Source of the DNA: Cenococcum geophilum
Lineage: Eukaryota
DNA: 64,000 nt
Assembly (NCBI GenBank): GCA_050273025.1
Contig: CP158635.1
Span: 27,156,001-27,220,000, forward strand
Reading direction: 5' to 3'
Below are positions 38,310-53,091 of this stretch, piece after piece. Both the position numbers and the translations under genes were made by a program. The stretch's first letter is position 1. Each line of letters starts with the position of its first letter. Below the pieces are notes generated by a model. It did not search any database. It saw nothing but the letters and a program-made list of their open reading frames with translations, and was not told where the DNA came from.

Positions 38310-41101
38310 AGGAATAATAAATACACTTCTATATAGACTATTAAGAACTAATATCCAATCCCATTAATATAAAAGACACTAAACCGACTAAGTAAAACTC
38401 GCTATTATATAAAGCTTAATATTATTTCTGTATTTAACCGCCTCTATATTACTAAAGGAGATAAATAGCTTACTACTTTTTATACCTAGTATAGATTATT
38501 TAAATACTTAGTAATACTATTCAGCCTTATAAACGCCCTAAGCTCGTTTTAATATTATATAAATAATACCCTACGTCCCTATCTAGACATCTTCTATACT
38601 ACTTATATTGGCGATATTTTAATATATAGTAATAACCTAACCAAATACTGGAAATACGTTAATTTTGTCTTATAAGCCCTATAAGGAGCTAATTTATAAC
38701 TAGATATAAATAAATACAAATTCTATAAAATAGAAGTCCTATACTTTAGGCTTTTTATTTTTATAAATAGTATATAAATAGACCTAAAGAAAGTTAAAGT
38801 AATTATAAACTGGTAAGAACCTAAGAATATTAAGGACGTAAGAGCCTTTATAGGATTTGCTAATTTCGACTAATAGTTTATTAATAACTTCTCCGCCCTA
38901 GTTTTACCCCTTATAGCTTTAACCTAAAAGGATAAAGCTTTTATCTTTAATAAGAAATATAAGAAGGCATTTACCTATCTAAAGGTTATGTTTACTACTA
39001 CACCTATACTCTAATACTTTAACCTAAACTAAATAAGTGTTATAAAAGCTAACTTATTTAACTATGTTACTAAAAGTATCCTATTTTAATATAATAAGGA
39101 TAGAGTATTATACCCTATAGTATACTTCTTAAAATAACTAAGCCTAGCTAAATATAACTATAAGATCTACAATAAGGAATTATTAGCTATTATTAGATAT
39201 TTTAAATAATAGCGACCTAAACTAGAAGGCGTTAAATTTCTAATTAAGGTCTTTAGCGACTATAAGAACCTATATTACTTTATAACTATAAAATAGCTAA
39301 GCCACTATTAGGCCCACTAGTTAAAACACCTTCCTATTTCTAATTCTTAATTATATACCGCCTAGGTATTTAAGGCTAAAAGCCTAATACCCTAACCTAA
39401 TACTTATAAGATATACTAGTACTAAAAAAAGCGCGTTCCTACTAAAAGTAAACCTTACTCCGCCCTAAACTATTTAATCCTCTTACTAAAGACCTTATAG
39501 TATATATCCTTAAAATAACTAATTAATTAATTAAACAGATTACAGTTAATAAATACCTAAATAATAAGTTTATTTAAGAGACGCTTAATCTAATATAAGA
39601 TAGTATTAGACGCTTTAAAAGGATTTCTTTAAGTAAATGTAAAGCCTATAGGAATTGCTTATACTACTAAAACCGCCTAGTTATACCTAACTATAATAAA
39701 CTTAAGCTTAAGCTCCTTAAATACATATATATCCTACTAGTAGCCGGCCACTTAGGCTAAGGAAAAACCTTAGAGCTACCCTAACGGGAGTATTACTGGC
39801 TAAATATATATAATATAATATAAAGGTATATCTCTAGCTACTATATCTACCAACGAGCTAAAGCTCTATATAATATATATAATGGCCTACTAAAGCTACT
39901 ACCTATTCCGGACCAAAGATAGAAGGATATCTTAATTAACTTTATTATTAACCTCCCTATAAATAAAGGCTATATAAATATTATAGTAGTTATAGACTAA
40001 CTATTTAAGATAAGGCATTTAATCGCCTACCCTAATATATTAACGCCTACTATCGCCTAACTATTCCTAGATTATATATAGAAACTCTATAAACTCCCTA
40101 AAACGATTATCTTTAATAAAGGTAGTTGGTTTCTCTTTATATTTTAGAAGAAACTAACTACCTAACTCCGCATTAAAGTATTACTATTTATAATATATTA
40201 CCTAGAAACGGATAATTAAACGGAATATATAAACGCTATAATAGAACAGTATATCCGGATATACACGTTATATCTATAGGACGACTAGATAAACTGGCTT
40301 ATATTTACTAAGTTTACTATAAATAATTCTGTCTTAGAAACTATAAAGGTCTCCCTATTCCTAACTAACTATAGCTAGCATCTATAAATAGGTTTTAACC
40401 CCTTTAGTAATATTCCTCGCCTAACTTATTACGGCTTATAAGTTATAAAAGTAAATAATTTTATAAAGAAGATAGAGGAACTATAATAGTTTCTTATTAA
40501 CGAAATAATATAGGCCTAATCTATTTATAAAGCCGTAGTAAATAAGAAACAAATCCTAGTACTAGCCTATTAAATTAGTAACTTCGTCTAGCTAGATATA
40601 AGAAATCTGAATATAAAATAACCTACTAAGAAGCTTAATTAGAAGAACACTAGCCCTTATAAGGTTAAGAAGGTTATCTTCTCTTATACCTACTAACTAA
40701 AGCTCCCTAATACGGTTAAAATCTACCCTATATTCTATATGTCAGTCCTCCGCCCTATTACCCCTATATTAAACGCCCTGCCTAAATAAATATAGGACCC
40801 TCCCCTACTAGTTAAAGTAGATAGTAAAAATAAGTACTTTATTAAAAGAATTAATAATATTAAGTATAATAAATAAAAACGCTAATATATATACCTTATA
40901 AAATAGAAAGGCTTTATTAAGCCCTTATAGGAACCTATTAACTCTATAGGGCTTATATAAGCCGTAGAAGACTTTTATAAACTCTACCTAAAACTACTAT
41001 AGCCCTACCTCGTAGAAGCTTAAGTTTAAAGGGGGGGTACTATTATAGGATACCCCCGTAACACCTTATATACATTTATCTATTTCTACTAACTTAGTAA
41101 C
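38310..41101 (+). mobile_element. 5'-truncated Gypsy chromovirus F (RT-RH-IN-chromodomain, PPT, start of 3' LTR at 41041)
   Basis: YPIPLI ~38353, FSLINAL ~38520, YYLETDN* ~40196, chromodomain ~40830-40990, PPT AAGGGGGGGTAC; LTR interrupted after 41101 by G. Confidence 0.85.
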
Positions 41102-44100
41102 TATTACGGCTTGTATAAATGCTTCTAAGCCAAAGCTTGTAGAATACTATATTACGAAGATACTAAACTAAGGAGAAGGAAAAAAGGGGGTTGCTAAGAC
41201 CGATATAAACAAATATATAAGGCAAGTCGCTAAGGCGCTAGCTCTAGGCGAGCTAATCGCAGGTTAGTAGAATATGGCAAAATTTGGCAGGTAATATGCG
41301 ATAGCGCCGTTACATCACCCCCCTCTTTAAAAGAAAGCCTGCCTTTAAGCTTAGTTAGAGATAAAGTAGCACTAGGCTTATAAAAACATAAGATTATAGA
41401 ATATAAGATAAGGAGGAAAAGGGGATATAAGTACGTCCGGACTAAGTATAAAAGGCAATTATAGGTTAAGTAAAAGTGCTAGGCTAGAAAAAGTAGCCGC
41501 TAAAAGTCTTAGCATGGATCTAACTAATTAAACAACTTTAACCGGCGGTTAAAGTTTCTAAATATCTAAAGTTTTATAGTACTAGCAGAAAACGGCAGAA
41601 TATAGCAGAATTTAACAAACAGCTGTATTAGGGCTTTAGGGCATTCTTATCCCTATACTCCTTTAGTAACCTATTATCTTTATTATACTAATATTCTATT
41701 TACTTATCTAGGTACTTTAGGGGTCTAAATATATTAGGGTATTAGTTATAGAACTCTTTAAGCTTCTAGGGGTAGCCTATAAAGTTCTATATAAGGTACT
41801 AGGTTAGGTCCGGGTTATAGCCCTTCTATTAAATATAGTATTTTAATATTCCCCGTACTATCTTATAGGCCAGTATTTTATTAACTTCCTATTTATTATT
41901 ACCGTTTACTTAAATTAGTAGGGGAGGCTCATTCTTTTATCTGGGCAATAGATTATTTATAGCTTTCTATAGCTTATCTAGCAAAAAGATAGGGTGCACC
42001 CTAATTAAATCTAGGAGCTTTACCTTATATAAGTTACCTATCTTCTTAAGGACCTTATATAGCCCTACTATCTAGTAGTCCAGCTTACAGCTAGGTCGTT
42101 TAGTTTTCTAATTCCTTATTATAACCTAAACTATATCGCTAGGGGCAAAGTTAGGCTCTTAGTAGTATTTATTTGCCTACTATTTTATTAATCTTTAGGC
42201 TTTTTCTAGGTTCTTATAGGCTACTATTTAGGCTTCCTCTAAGCGCTTAGCGTACTATTAGGCCTCACTATAGGATAACTTTTCTTATATAGTTTAGGGT
42301 TCTTCCAGCCTTTTCTAGTTAAAGCTTATATGGGGTAAGTATCCTATTTCCAGCTAAATTAGGGCAAACCCTATAAAGTTATAGGGTAGGATTGCTTAGG
42401 CGTAGTCTATTAAGGGTAGCAGTTTAAACCAGTTATCCTAGAAGTAATTAATAAAGGACCTAAGCCTCTAGTCCAGGTACTAATTTACAATTTCTATCTA
42501 ACCGTCTATCTAGGGGTGGTAAGCTATAAAAAGCTTTAGCTTAATACCTAAAATCTAAGTAAACTTATTTTAGAAGGCTAATATAAACTATAGCCTATAA
42601 TTAGATATAATTGTATTTAGTAATCCGTAAATTTAATAGATGTAGTAAATATATAGCCAGGCTTTCTCTTTAGTATTAATATTCTTATAACAGGGAATTA
42701 AAAATAGGCGTTTACCAAAACGGTTAACTATAACTATAACTATATTATATCCGTCACGGTTTATAGGTAGTTTATAAAAGTTTATAAAGATATACTACTA
42801 AGGGCGCTTTAGTATTAAAAGTGGCTTAAGTAGTCTTAGGGTTTTATCTTATAGGGTTATAGCTCTCTAGCAGTCCTCACAGTTCTATATATATTAATTA
42901 ATATCTATAACTATTCTTAGCTAGTAATAGCGGCAGTTAATAATTTTACGGGTTTTCTTCTTACTGGGGTATACTATAAAGACTTAGTAATAAGCTTTAC
43001 GGATTAGTTTTATCTATAAATTATTAACGTTAGGAATTATAAGCCACTCCTAGTATAGGAGCAATCCTTCCTCTATCTTAAAATTAGGGTCTCCTTTTAT
43101 AGCTTAATCGCGAAGGGCCTATAGGGCGTTAGCCGTGCGGTTTATAGTTAAAAGGCGGTTAATTAGCCCTATTAGCTTATCTAAGGACTCTTCTATTAGT
43201 GCTAGCTTATTTTACTAGAAGTCTAGCTCCTTAAGGATCCGTAGGTTAAGCTATTCTAGATAAAGGAGGGCGCGTATCTAATATTAGGTCTTTAGCTTAT
43301 CCTAGAGTCTTACATCTTATTCTCTTTGGGTTAAAGTATTAGCCTTAGAGTTTTACTTACTAGAATAATATATAATTATAAAGAAGAATTAGGAGAGTAT
43401 TTTAGCCTACTAAGCTTATTATCTAATAAGCTGCTTTATAGTTATAAAGTACTCTAGGGCTTTATAATCTATATATATCTTAATCCGGGAGTTTATACCT
43501 TTAAGCTCTACATACTATTATAAGAGTAATTAAATAATAGCTAGTATTTCTTTATTATATACTTCGTAGTTATACTTAGCTAAGTTTATTATCTTTAAAA
43601 AAAAAAGGTAATAGGGTACCATTTGCTGTCTAAATATAACTATAATAGGATTCCCGCTATAACCCTATTAGAGACATCCGTTTCTAGCATTAATTTAAGG
43701 TCTAAGTTATAGTAATAAAGGATTAGGGAAGAGATAAGCTAATCCTTTATCTCTTTAAAAGCTTCTATATTGCTATTATTAAAGATAAAAGGCGTATCCT
43801 TCCTAGTTAGTCGTATAAGAGGTTTTACTATAATTCCGTAGTTATAAATAAATTAATAGTAGAAGTTACAAAAGCTAAGGAAGGATTAGATTTCTTTTAC
43901 TATATAAAGGGGCTTCTAGTTATAAATTGCCTTTACCTTTTTAGGGTTAACCTTAATTCCTTTTATAGTTATAATAAACCTAAAGTATTTTATACGTTTT
44001 ACCCCAAACTTATATTTCTTAATATTAACTTATAAGCCTATATTCCGTAGTCTCTCTAAAACCTTCTTAATATAAACTTAATACTTAAGTTCGTTATCCA

Positions 44101-44849
44101 AGTATATAAGAATATCGTCTAGGTATACTATATAGAATTTATTAAGGTAATTAAGAAGAACATTATTTATATACCTTTAGTATATAGCTAGTCCGTTTAT
44201 TAGTCTAAAAGAAAAAACTTTATATTTATAGGAACTATAACGAGTATAAAACGTTATTAAATCTTTAGATATAGGGTTTATCTTAATTTAGTAGAAAGCT
44301 TAGCGGATATTAAGTTTAGTAAAGATCTTTACCTAGCTTAGATATATAAGGGTCTTATTAATTAAAGAAATAGAATACTGGTTCTTTTAAGTAATAGCGT
44401 TTGGCTTTTAATAGTTAATATAAAAACAAAGGCCTTTATTAGGCTTTTTTATAAATAAAATAGGGGAAGTAAAAGGGGCTTAACTTGGCTTAATAAACCC
44501 TTTATCTAGGTTATTAATTAAGTACTACTCTATTACTTTTAGCTTATTCATTAATTAATAGTAGAGGGGGCTATAGCCTAGCGAGTTATTGGCTTCTAAT
44601 TAAATCTTATAATTATATATCCGGTAAGGGGGTAACTTATTTAAGGCCGCTTTTAAAAATACATCCTTATAATCTATATAAATAGTAAAAAAAGGCATTT
44701 AACTAGTTCCTTATTAATAATAATTTATTGCTTAACGTCTGATTTGGATCCCTATTAGGCCCACGCAGACTACTCCTTATATACATATAGGGAGAAAACT
44801 CTATTTAAGAAAACCCCGTAATCCATCTCCCTGCCTTTTAGGACTCGCC

Positions 44850-47800
44850 TATAAGGCGCCTACGAGGCGCCTGCAAGTTACCTGTAGTGCTTCTACTACC
44901 TTACTTTTTAACCTCCTTAGGAACTACTGCTGCCGTAACAAGCCTACGGATGCGCTAGTATTATATACTTTACTCTACTACTATAGAGTTATTAGAGGGC
45001 GCCCGTTGCTTGCCCCCTTTACCCTTTATTACTATTTCCCTTATAACCTAGAACTGGTTTAGTATATTTTAGCTAATAAGCTACTAGGTAACCGCCTTAA
45101 GGCCTTTTTATATTAAGAGCAGTATATTATAGTTCTCTATACTAGCTATTAAAAGCATTACTCCTTAATTAGTGCATAAGGGGCATAATAGTATTATATA
45201 TTTTGGTATCTATCTTAGCTAGCTACATTTATATTTTGGGCTACCTACTAGGATACCCACCGAGTAAAGCTAGTCTTTTAGTCCTATTATTTCTATTCTT
45301 AAAAGTATTGCTATTATATTTTCTGCCTTTATTAGGCCTTCTTAGAGCCCTAGGGTATTTACCCCCTATAGCGTTAACTATGCTACGGCTTAGGTTCTTC
45401 TTGCCTTAGTTAGCCTCTATACCTTTAACTCCTATATACCTTTCTAGCGTTAGTCTAACCAGTATTATATTACAGTAGATAGTTTCCTAGTATTCTTTTA
45501 TACTCTACTTTAGCTCCTTTCTTTTTCTTACTATTATCTTTACTAGCCTCTTACGCGTTTCCCTTCCTCCTTTATATAGGCCTAGGCCCTAAAGCAGCAC
45601 CATTTTTATTTAACTTTCTTTACTTGTTTCTCTAATATGTCTTCCCTACTTTAGGGTTGTTAGTTTATTCTCCTATAGGGCGCCCTAGGGTCCCTTTACA
45701 GTTTATTTAGGCGTGTTTTAATATACTTTATAACATTAGAGTTATATTTATTTTACGCCCTTTATATTACAGCGGCTTTAATATATAGTTATAGGGGGGG
45801 AATATTGGCTTCCTTCTTAAGCAGTGCTATGGCTGTTCGCTTATATGCGCCTATTATACTCTAAAGGCAGGCTATTTAGACCTTTTAGAGTGGTTTAAGG
45901 AGTAACTTAGGGGGGCCTTTCTTAAATTCTTTAATGGCCTAAATACTAGACCTATACGTTATGGTTGGCCGGATAACTACTATATATAGTAGGCGTGACC
46001 TCTAAAAGTATAGACCCTATATAGAATTAACGATCCTGGATAATGCGATATACTATACTTGGCCCTTATAGGCCGCTTATACCGCATATACGCTTTACCA
46101 GAGCTTACTATTAACCTATACTTCTAATACCCTTAGGCCCTAAACTGGTTAACCCCTAAAGCCTTAAATATAAATTATGTGCTAAAGATCTGTAGATTAA
46201 TTGCGTTTTCTTATAAAATAGATTAGCTAGTATTTCTCTGGTAAGAATTAGACTCTATATCGTCTTACCTATTCTATATAGGTATTATAAGCTTTCTCTA
46301 GTATTCTGCAATTCTCTGCGGCTGTTAGCCCGTATATAATTAGGTTTATATTATTAATAAAGCCTATCCCCTAGGTTGCCCCTTTCTTAAAGGAGTTAAG
46401 TAGGTTGCTTATAAAGAAAAGGAAGAGTATAGGCGAGAGGGGTAATCCTTATAGTATTTCTGTTACAACTGCGATAGGGGGGCTTTAGTATCCGCTAAAG
46501 ACTAATAATATTTCTTTCTAACCTATAAACCCTTAAACAAATTATATAATCCATTCTAGGAAGCCTTTTACCCTAAGGATATATAGGAGACGCTCGTGGG
46601 GTACGTTGTTATAGGCGCCACTAATATCTAGGCTAAGTATTAATACTATAAAGTCCCTTTGCATCGCCTATGCAGATTTAATGGTAGTAGCGAGTAGCAT
46701 AAGTGCTGATAGTGTTAAGCGGTTCTTTCTTACCCCCATTTAGCTCTATAGTAGTAGGGTATATTCCTTAGCCGTATCTGCTATATAGTCCGCTATTACC
46801 TTTTTTAAGATCTTGCTAAGGGTGTTTTCTAAGGTAATAGGGCGGTAGCTTCCTAGAATTAAGTAATCTATTTTACCTTCTTTTTATAAGACAACCGTTA
46901 TTATAGATCTTCTAAGTTATTGGTAGTAGCCTATAGCAAAGTATACTCTAGCTATATCTGTAAGCTAGGGTGCTATAAGTAAACCATAGGTCTTTAGGGC
47001 CTTATTTAGAATCTTATTTAGTCCTAGTACTATATTATTTAAAAGGCGGCTAATAGTTCTGGCCATTTCCTCTATTATTATATCGCTGTTGACCCACAGG
47101 CGAGTTACTAGTATTTTACCTATAATGTTACTAAGGTCTACTAGAGCTAGTTAGGGGAAGAACCTTTCTATAAGAATCTTTACCTTCTTATCATTATTAT
47201 TAGTGGCCTATAATTTCCCTGCTCTTTATAGGGGTGGTAGGTATAGGTCTTCTACTAATTGCCCTACCTTTTTCTTTGCCTATTTTGCTATAGCCCACAG
47301 GCCCTTATTATAGGGGAGGCTTAGGTTAAAAGTATGCTTATTTATAAATTATCTCCAGTTATTCCTTGCTTCTTTTTTTAGGGTATTCTTTAGCTAGTTT
47401 CTTGTATCTTTATATCGTCTCTTATCTTTAGGGTTGTGGCTAATTAAGTATTTCCTTCTTACTCGTTATTAGCTAGCTATAAGAACCGCGTATTATGCGG
47501 ACTATACGTGTCGCGTATAGGGGCCCGGTCTTAAGACCGGGCAGTGCTCTTTTAACCCATTTTTAATTGCTGCCTAGATCCTTTCTAATCTTTAGTTAAT
47601 TTCCTTAGGGGTAGCTAATAAGCCTTACTCGTTTAGTATTAGGTAGATTTCTTCTAGGTCTTAGAGTTATTATTTAACTATATTAAGGAAGCTATTTGCC
47701 TTAAGCATCCTTATTATATATCTTTTGCTATTTAGTTACGCCTTAATGTTTAAATCTAGCTATATTTGGATAGGGATATGGTCTAAAATAAGTGCCTATT

Positions 47801-48420
47801 CTTCTTTAGGGTTATACCTTTTAAGTCTTTAGTATAGGCCTTCGTCTATAAATATAAGGTTAATTATACTTCTAGCGGATCCTTATTGCCATGTAATTAC
47901 TCTAAAGGGGGTGGCCAGCTTAAGGCCCTAGGTGTTTATAGCTTTTAGTAGGCACTTTACCTATCATTTAGCAGTAATGTAGATACCCCCCTACTATAGG
48001 TAGTGGAGGTTTATATCTCCTAATAGGATAGACTCTATACCTTCGGTTTTAAGTAAGCTTATTACTAATATAATGTTCTCTATTTATAGGACCCCTTTAA
48101 CCCTAGAGTTATATATATTAATAATTTATACCAGTCCTCTATATATCTAGATTGTTATAACTATAATATCTAGATTAACTGCCTGCTATAACTATAAGGA
48201 TAGGCTAATAGTCTTACTAATTATAAAGCACACGCGTATGGCTGCTTTTAGTTCGTATAGGAGCTGGAATTCTTAGGGGCAGTATGTTAATTATATATAG
48301 GTATTATAGTACGGCTCTTATATAGCAAGGATATAGTATTTCTCTAGGTTTAAACTGTCTAGTAAGGGCCTTATAAGACGGTAGTTTGTATTGCCACAGT
48401 TATACTATATAATGGATAGG
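44850..48420 (-). pseudogene. LINE ORF2 (AP endonuclease, reverse transcriptase, C-terminal Cys motif)
   Basis: ILAI*EP ~48315-48335, LLGDINLHY ~48000-48027, SYRPITL ~46832-46852, LDISGAYNNV ~46603-46632, *GLPLSPILF ~46422-46452, GFINN (FVDD) ~46350-46365. Confidence 0.9.
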
Positions 48421-50419
48421 TGGCGGACCCCCAGCGAGGGTCCTTTGCCTCTTTATTATTCCTTACTTCTTCTGTTTCTACTTTCTCTAGGATATTTAGA
48501 ACTTCTATCTCTTATATCTGCACCCTAATTACTACTTATTTTGTGTGGAGCTTTCTATTCCCATATCTTATGTTCCTACTAGCGCTTCTATATCTAAATC
48601 TGTTATTATCTCTGGTTCTTCCCCTGTTCTTACTAGTTAGCTATACGCCCTTTAAGAGTTGGCTATAAATGTTATGTTTGCCGCGTTAAGTCTAATTCTT
48701 AATTGTCCTGGTCTTAAGCTTACTATAGCTGTCTATAAGGGTCTTCCTACAGGGCGTCCTCTCCCTTATGTCCCCTGTGACCCTTATATTTCTATACAGT
48801 CTAGTAATATTACGCGGCATCACTTCTAGCCCGTTAAGGCTTGGGATGGCTAGCCTAGCCCCCTAGTGTTAAAGGTAGGAAACGCTAGAAAGGCACCTGC
48901 GCCCCCCTAGCTTATTACCTGTTGTTTTTATTCGTATAACCTTATATATAGTTATTCCCGTAGCTGTTAAGCCCTTACCTTCCGTCTCCTATATTTAATG
49001 CAGTTTTCTCTCTCCTACGCCTTATATATGCTTTGGTGGCAGTTTACGCATTTTATTTAGTCTTAATTTAAGCAGTGTCTTGTATTATAGGGGCCTGTAT
49101 AGTGGCCGCAGCATACCTATACTGTGTATGTGGATTAGGTATATCTAGTGCTTTTATTAAACTAAACCCAAACGGTTTAAACTATCTTATTAGACGTTTA
49201 ATTAATATCAAACTGAGTTTATTTAGTTTAATAACTATTAATTAAACCAAACCCGATTGATCTAGTTTGACAATTAATTGCTTATATTACTCTAGCTATA
49301 AGCCTATAGCTATAAACCTTCGTATAGGCCTGATTTTAATAGCATAAGCGCCTCAATTATATTAGGCTTGAGGCTATTGCGCTTATCTGTAAAGATATTA
49401 AGAGCGTCGCTAAACTTGCGCTCCAGGTTGCTACTTTCTAGCGGCGCTGCAGCAAGATTAAGAGCTATTAAACTAAGTATAGGATACTTATTACGATGGT
49501 TAAACCACCAGTTAATTATATTAATATTAATCTTTATTCTATCGCTTCTTACTAGCCTCTTTATAACTAGGCTATTAAGATAGCAATTAATCTCCTTAGC
49601 AATAGGATCTCTTACCTCCTTACCCTAATTAAAATTACTGTCTTTGGGCTGATACTTAGTATAAGGCTTCCGCTTGCGTAGCGAGCTGCGTATAGCTATT
49701 ACCTTTAGTACAGGAGGCCTGCTCTTAAGTGAAGCATAAGTAAACTCTTTAAAGTTGTCCTTAACAGCTTCTTGCCATTTAGGCCTTAAAGCCTAATACG
49801 TCTTAAACTACCAAAACTTCTTACTAGGATGGAGAAGAATAGCTGCTTAGTAAGCTAGTGTTACATTACTAAGGCTATAGTAGTAGTTAAGTTTCTCCTA
49901 TATAAGCTCTACTCATCAGCATTTTGTTGGGGTGCCAAGATCCTGGAGGCCTCCTGACAGGATTTTGATTGTCCTGGAGGTCCTGGAGGTCCTGACAGGC
50001 TCCTGACAGGCTCCTGGCAGGATTTTGATTTTCCTGATCGTCCTGGTTGTCCTGACAGGCTCCTACCAGGATCTTTGACTTTCTGTTAGGGTCCTGTTAG
50101 GTCCTGACAGGAAACTAGTATTTCCTGATCGTCCTGTCAGGTTCCTGGCAGGATACCCCTAAGCGACACCCCTCCTAATACCCCCCCCCCCCAAAAGCGA
50201 CACCCCCCCCCCACCTTAGGTGCGCGCGCGCGCGCGACACATATTGCTATCGGGCGCGACACACAGTGCTATCGGGCGCGACACACAGTGCTATTGGGTC
50301 CCCGCTATATTCCCGATAGCCTACACGTGCCTCTGCCAAGTTACCCCCTTTGTAGCCACCTTATTTTTTACCCTTCCTTACATCCTCCCTACCTTAGGAG
50401 GCACTAGAACAGCAGCCAG

Positions 50420-51150
50420 TAGAGGACCGTCGCTAGAACCAGACGACCGTCGCCAGAACTAGACGACCGTTGCCAGAACCAGATGACCGTCCTAGAGCCA
50501 GACGACCGTCCTAAAACTAGACGACCGTTACCAGAACTAGACGACGACCTTTCGAACAACCAGCCAGCGAATACCACGAACGATTCAATTGATTGATCGA
50601 TCGAATTAAACCAGAGCTTCGATATCGGCCCATCACCGAATCGAATCAAGGCCTCCTAGGGAGGCACCCTAGACGACCACCGTTCGAATGTACAGCTAGC
50701 GAACGGCCATAGAGAACGATCTAAATCAATTAGATCCTTCGATCGGGCCAACCCCTCCCCCGAATTGAATTGGATACTAACATAGGCAGGCAGGCAGAGG
50801 GCAGGTAGGAGAGGACCGTCGCCAGAACCAGAGACCGTCGCCAGAACCAGAGACCATCGCCAGAACCAGACGACCGTCGTTAGAGCCAGACGGCCGTCGT
50901 CAGAGCCAGATGACCGTCGCCAGAGCTAGACGACTGTCGCCAGAGCCAGACGATAATTGTTCGAACGACCAGCCAGCGAACACCACAATCGATTTAATTG
51001 ATCGATTAAATCGAACTAGAGCCTTAATATCAGCCCGTTACCGAATCAAATCGAATCAAGGCCTCCTAAGGAGGCACCCCAGACGACCACCGTTTAAACG
51101 TACAGCCAGCGAACGCCCATAGAGAACGATTCGAATTAATACAATTAATC
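50420..51150. repeat. Duplicated block with 20-bp tandem units (CCAGACGACCGTCGCCAGAR) in E
   Basis: ~50420-50740 is repeated at ~50810-51150. Confidence 0.9.
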
Positions 51151-51259
51151 GCAATCGAATTAATATGATTAGTCGAATCAAGCAGAACCTTCGACTGGGC
51201 CGACCTCTCCCCCAAATTACAGATACAGACAGATAGGCACAGACAGGTAGGCACGAACA

Positions 51260-51422
51260 GGTAGGACGGTAAGACAGGTAGGACGGTAAGACAGGTAGGA
51301 CAGGCAGGACAGGTAGGACAGGCAGGACAGGCAGGACAGGTAGGACAGGCAGGACAGGTAGGACAGGTAGGACAGGTAGGACAGGTAGGACAGGTAGGAC
51401 AGGCAGGACAGGTAGGACAGGC

Positions 51423-51469
<47 letters not shown>

Positions 51470-51471
51470 CA
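51260..51471. repeat. 9-bp (GGACAGGYA)n then (GGCA)n microsatellite in E
   Basis: Directly visible; source of the PVL/CPT repeat ORFs. Confidence 0.97.
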
Positions 51472-52877
51472 CTAAGCCTAGTTAGGAAATCAGCACACGG
51501 CCGGCGGATCATCAGGAACACCGCCAATCGACGATTTGGGGCCTCCGCGAGAGGCTCCTCAGTCGATCGCCCGACGCCCGAGCGATCGTAGAGCTCCTAT
51601 AACAGACGCAAAAGATTGATTTGGATTATTTAGATTATATAATTAAATTAAATTTCTATTTTTTGACTAGCTGTAAATACTGGAGTGTTAATATACCCTA
51701 TTTTTAAATCTAGAATTTTTATTGTTGTCCTGATGGTCCTGATGGTCCTGATGGTCCTGGAGGTCCTGGTAGTCCTGGTGGTCCGGGCGACCTCCTGACA
51801 GGTTCCTGACAGGATGCCGAGTGTGAGTGTCTCCTGGAGCTCCTGACAGCCCTGACAGGAGCTGTCAGGAGCTGTCAGTACTGTCAGGAGGCACAAACAT
51901 TTTGCTGATGCTATGGTGATAATATACTTGTTCGTATACTTATTAGCTACTAGCCTTACTTTTTACTTCTCCATAAAGGTTAAGAGGCTATTAAGCTTTA
52001 TAAGCCACTGCTAGAGAGAGCTAGTATTACTATAAATGCCACGATACTCTAGTTTAAAGGTTTCTTTAGCTAGAGGCTCTAATATCTTCTTAATATTATG
52101 CAGAGCCTCCTAGTAATTAGGTAGGAGTTAATCGCTAAAGATACTATAGTCGGAGGTTAATTTCTATATTCTGGTATACTTATTAATAGTAGGGCGTAAG
52201 CGGAGACCTATTTAAAAGAGATTCTATCAGTAAGGTCTTAATCTATCTCTAAAAAACAGGCTTAGTATTAAGGCTTGTTATAAAACCTAATTAATTAATT
52301 AGGCTTAGCTTTAGAAGGTAGAATAGCGGCTATTAATTATATAGTGCGTATTTAAGTTAATCTAAGTTACTAGCTAGTAACTTACCTACCAACCAGCCTT
52401 CTTACGCACTAAGATTAGGAGCTATAGCTAAACCTTATATTAACCTTTAAGGGTAAAAATAAGGTCCTAGTGTGTTCTACTAGGCAGTTTACCTACCACA
52501 TTTAATTATCTTATAGGTACTATTCCATCTTGTAGCGTTCTCTTTAATAAGTAAGTATAGATAAAGGCCTTAATCGTTATTTGTGGCCCTTTAAGCATCG
52601 CGAAAGGCCTCCCTACGTTATAGTATTATTATAGCGTGGATTGCTAAGTTATAAAGCATACTAATAGGACCTTTCTAACGTTAGGCTTCGTGTTACTTTT
52701 AAACAGCCTTCTCTTCTACTTATTTAGTATGTATCTCCGCTATAAACTGCTCTGCTTCTTTATTGCTATACGCATACTAAAAAGCTGCTTCTTCTGCGGA
52801 GTATAAGGAAGCCTTTATATATATATTACTATATAGGCTATTCTTTACTGCAAGGTTAATTATATAGCAGCTATATT

Positions 52878-53091
52878 TGTATAATTACAGCACCTGGTGT
52901 ACGAACGCGTAAATACGCGTTCGTGCACCAACTACCTACGTGCTGACTAATTAGGGGGGAGGCGCATCAGTATATAGACCACGTAGTCTGCTTCATACAA
53001 TTGACAGTCACCATCCAAACAAGCATACGATACTACATGTATTTCGTGCCCGTGGATACGACTCACTCGTGCTATTAAGTTAGTACGAACA
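52878..53091 (+). mobile_element. Solo LTR (214 bp) related to Copia C
   Basis: TGTATAATTACA...GTACGAACA, reverse-complement homolog of 15432-15650; TSD ATATT. Confidence 0.92.

Larger units (their letters stand above)
49914..51910. mobile_element. Non-autonomous TIR DNA element E (1997 bp), CATCAGCA termini, 2-bp TSD, CMC/EnSpm-like
   Basis: CATCAGCA...TGCTGATG; CT on both flanks, and removing the element plus 2 bp restores the hAT reading frame; palindromic CCTGACAGG subterminal repeats at both ends. Confidence 0.82.

Noticed and set aside
45203..49583. Plus-strand ORFs 45203, 48420, 49368 as membrane proteins
   Set aside because: Antisense shadows of RIP'd LINE and hAT genes; Leu/Ile/Tyr richness reflects AT bias.
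51056..51527. Cys-rich (CPT/CPA) or PVL-repeat proteins in the ORF track
   Set aside because: Translations of 9-bp and 4-bp microsatellites.
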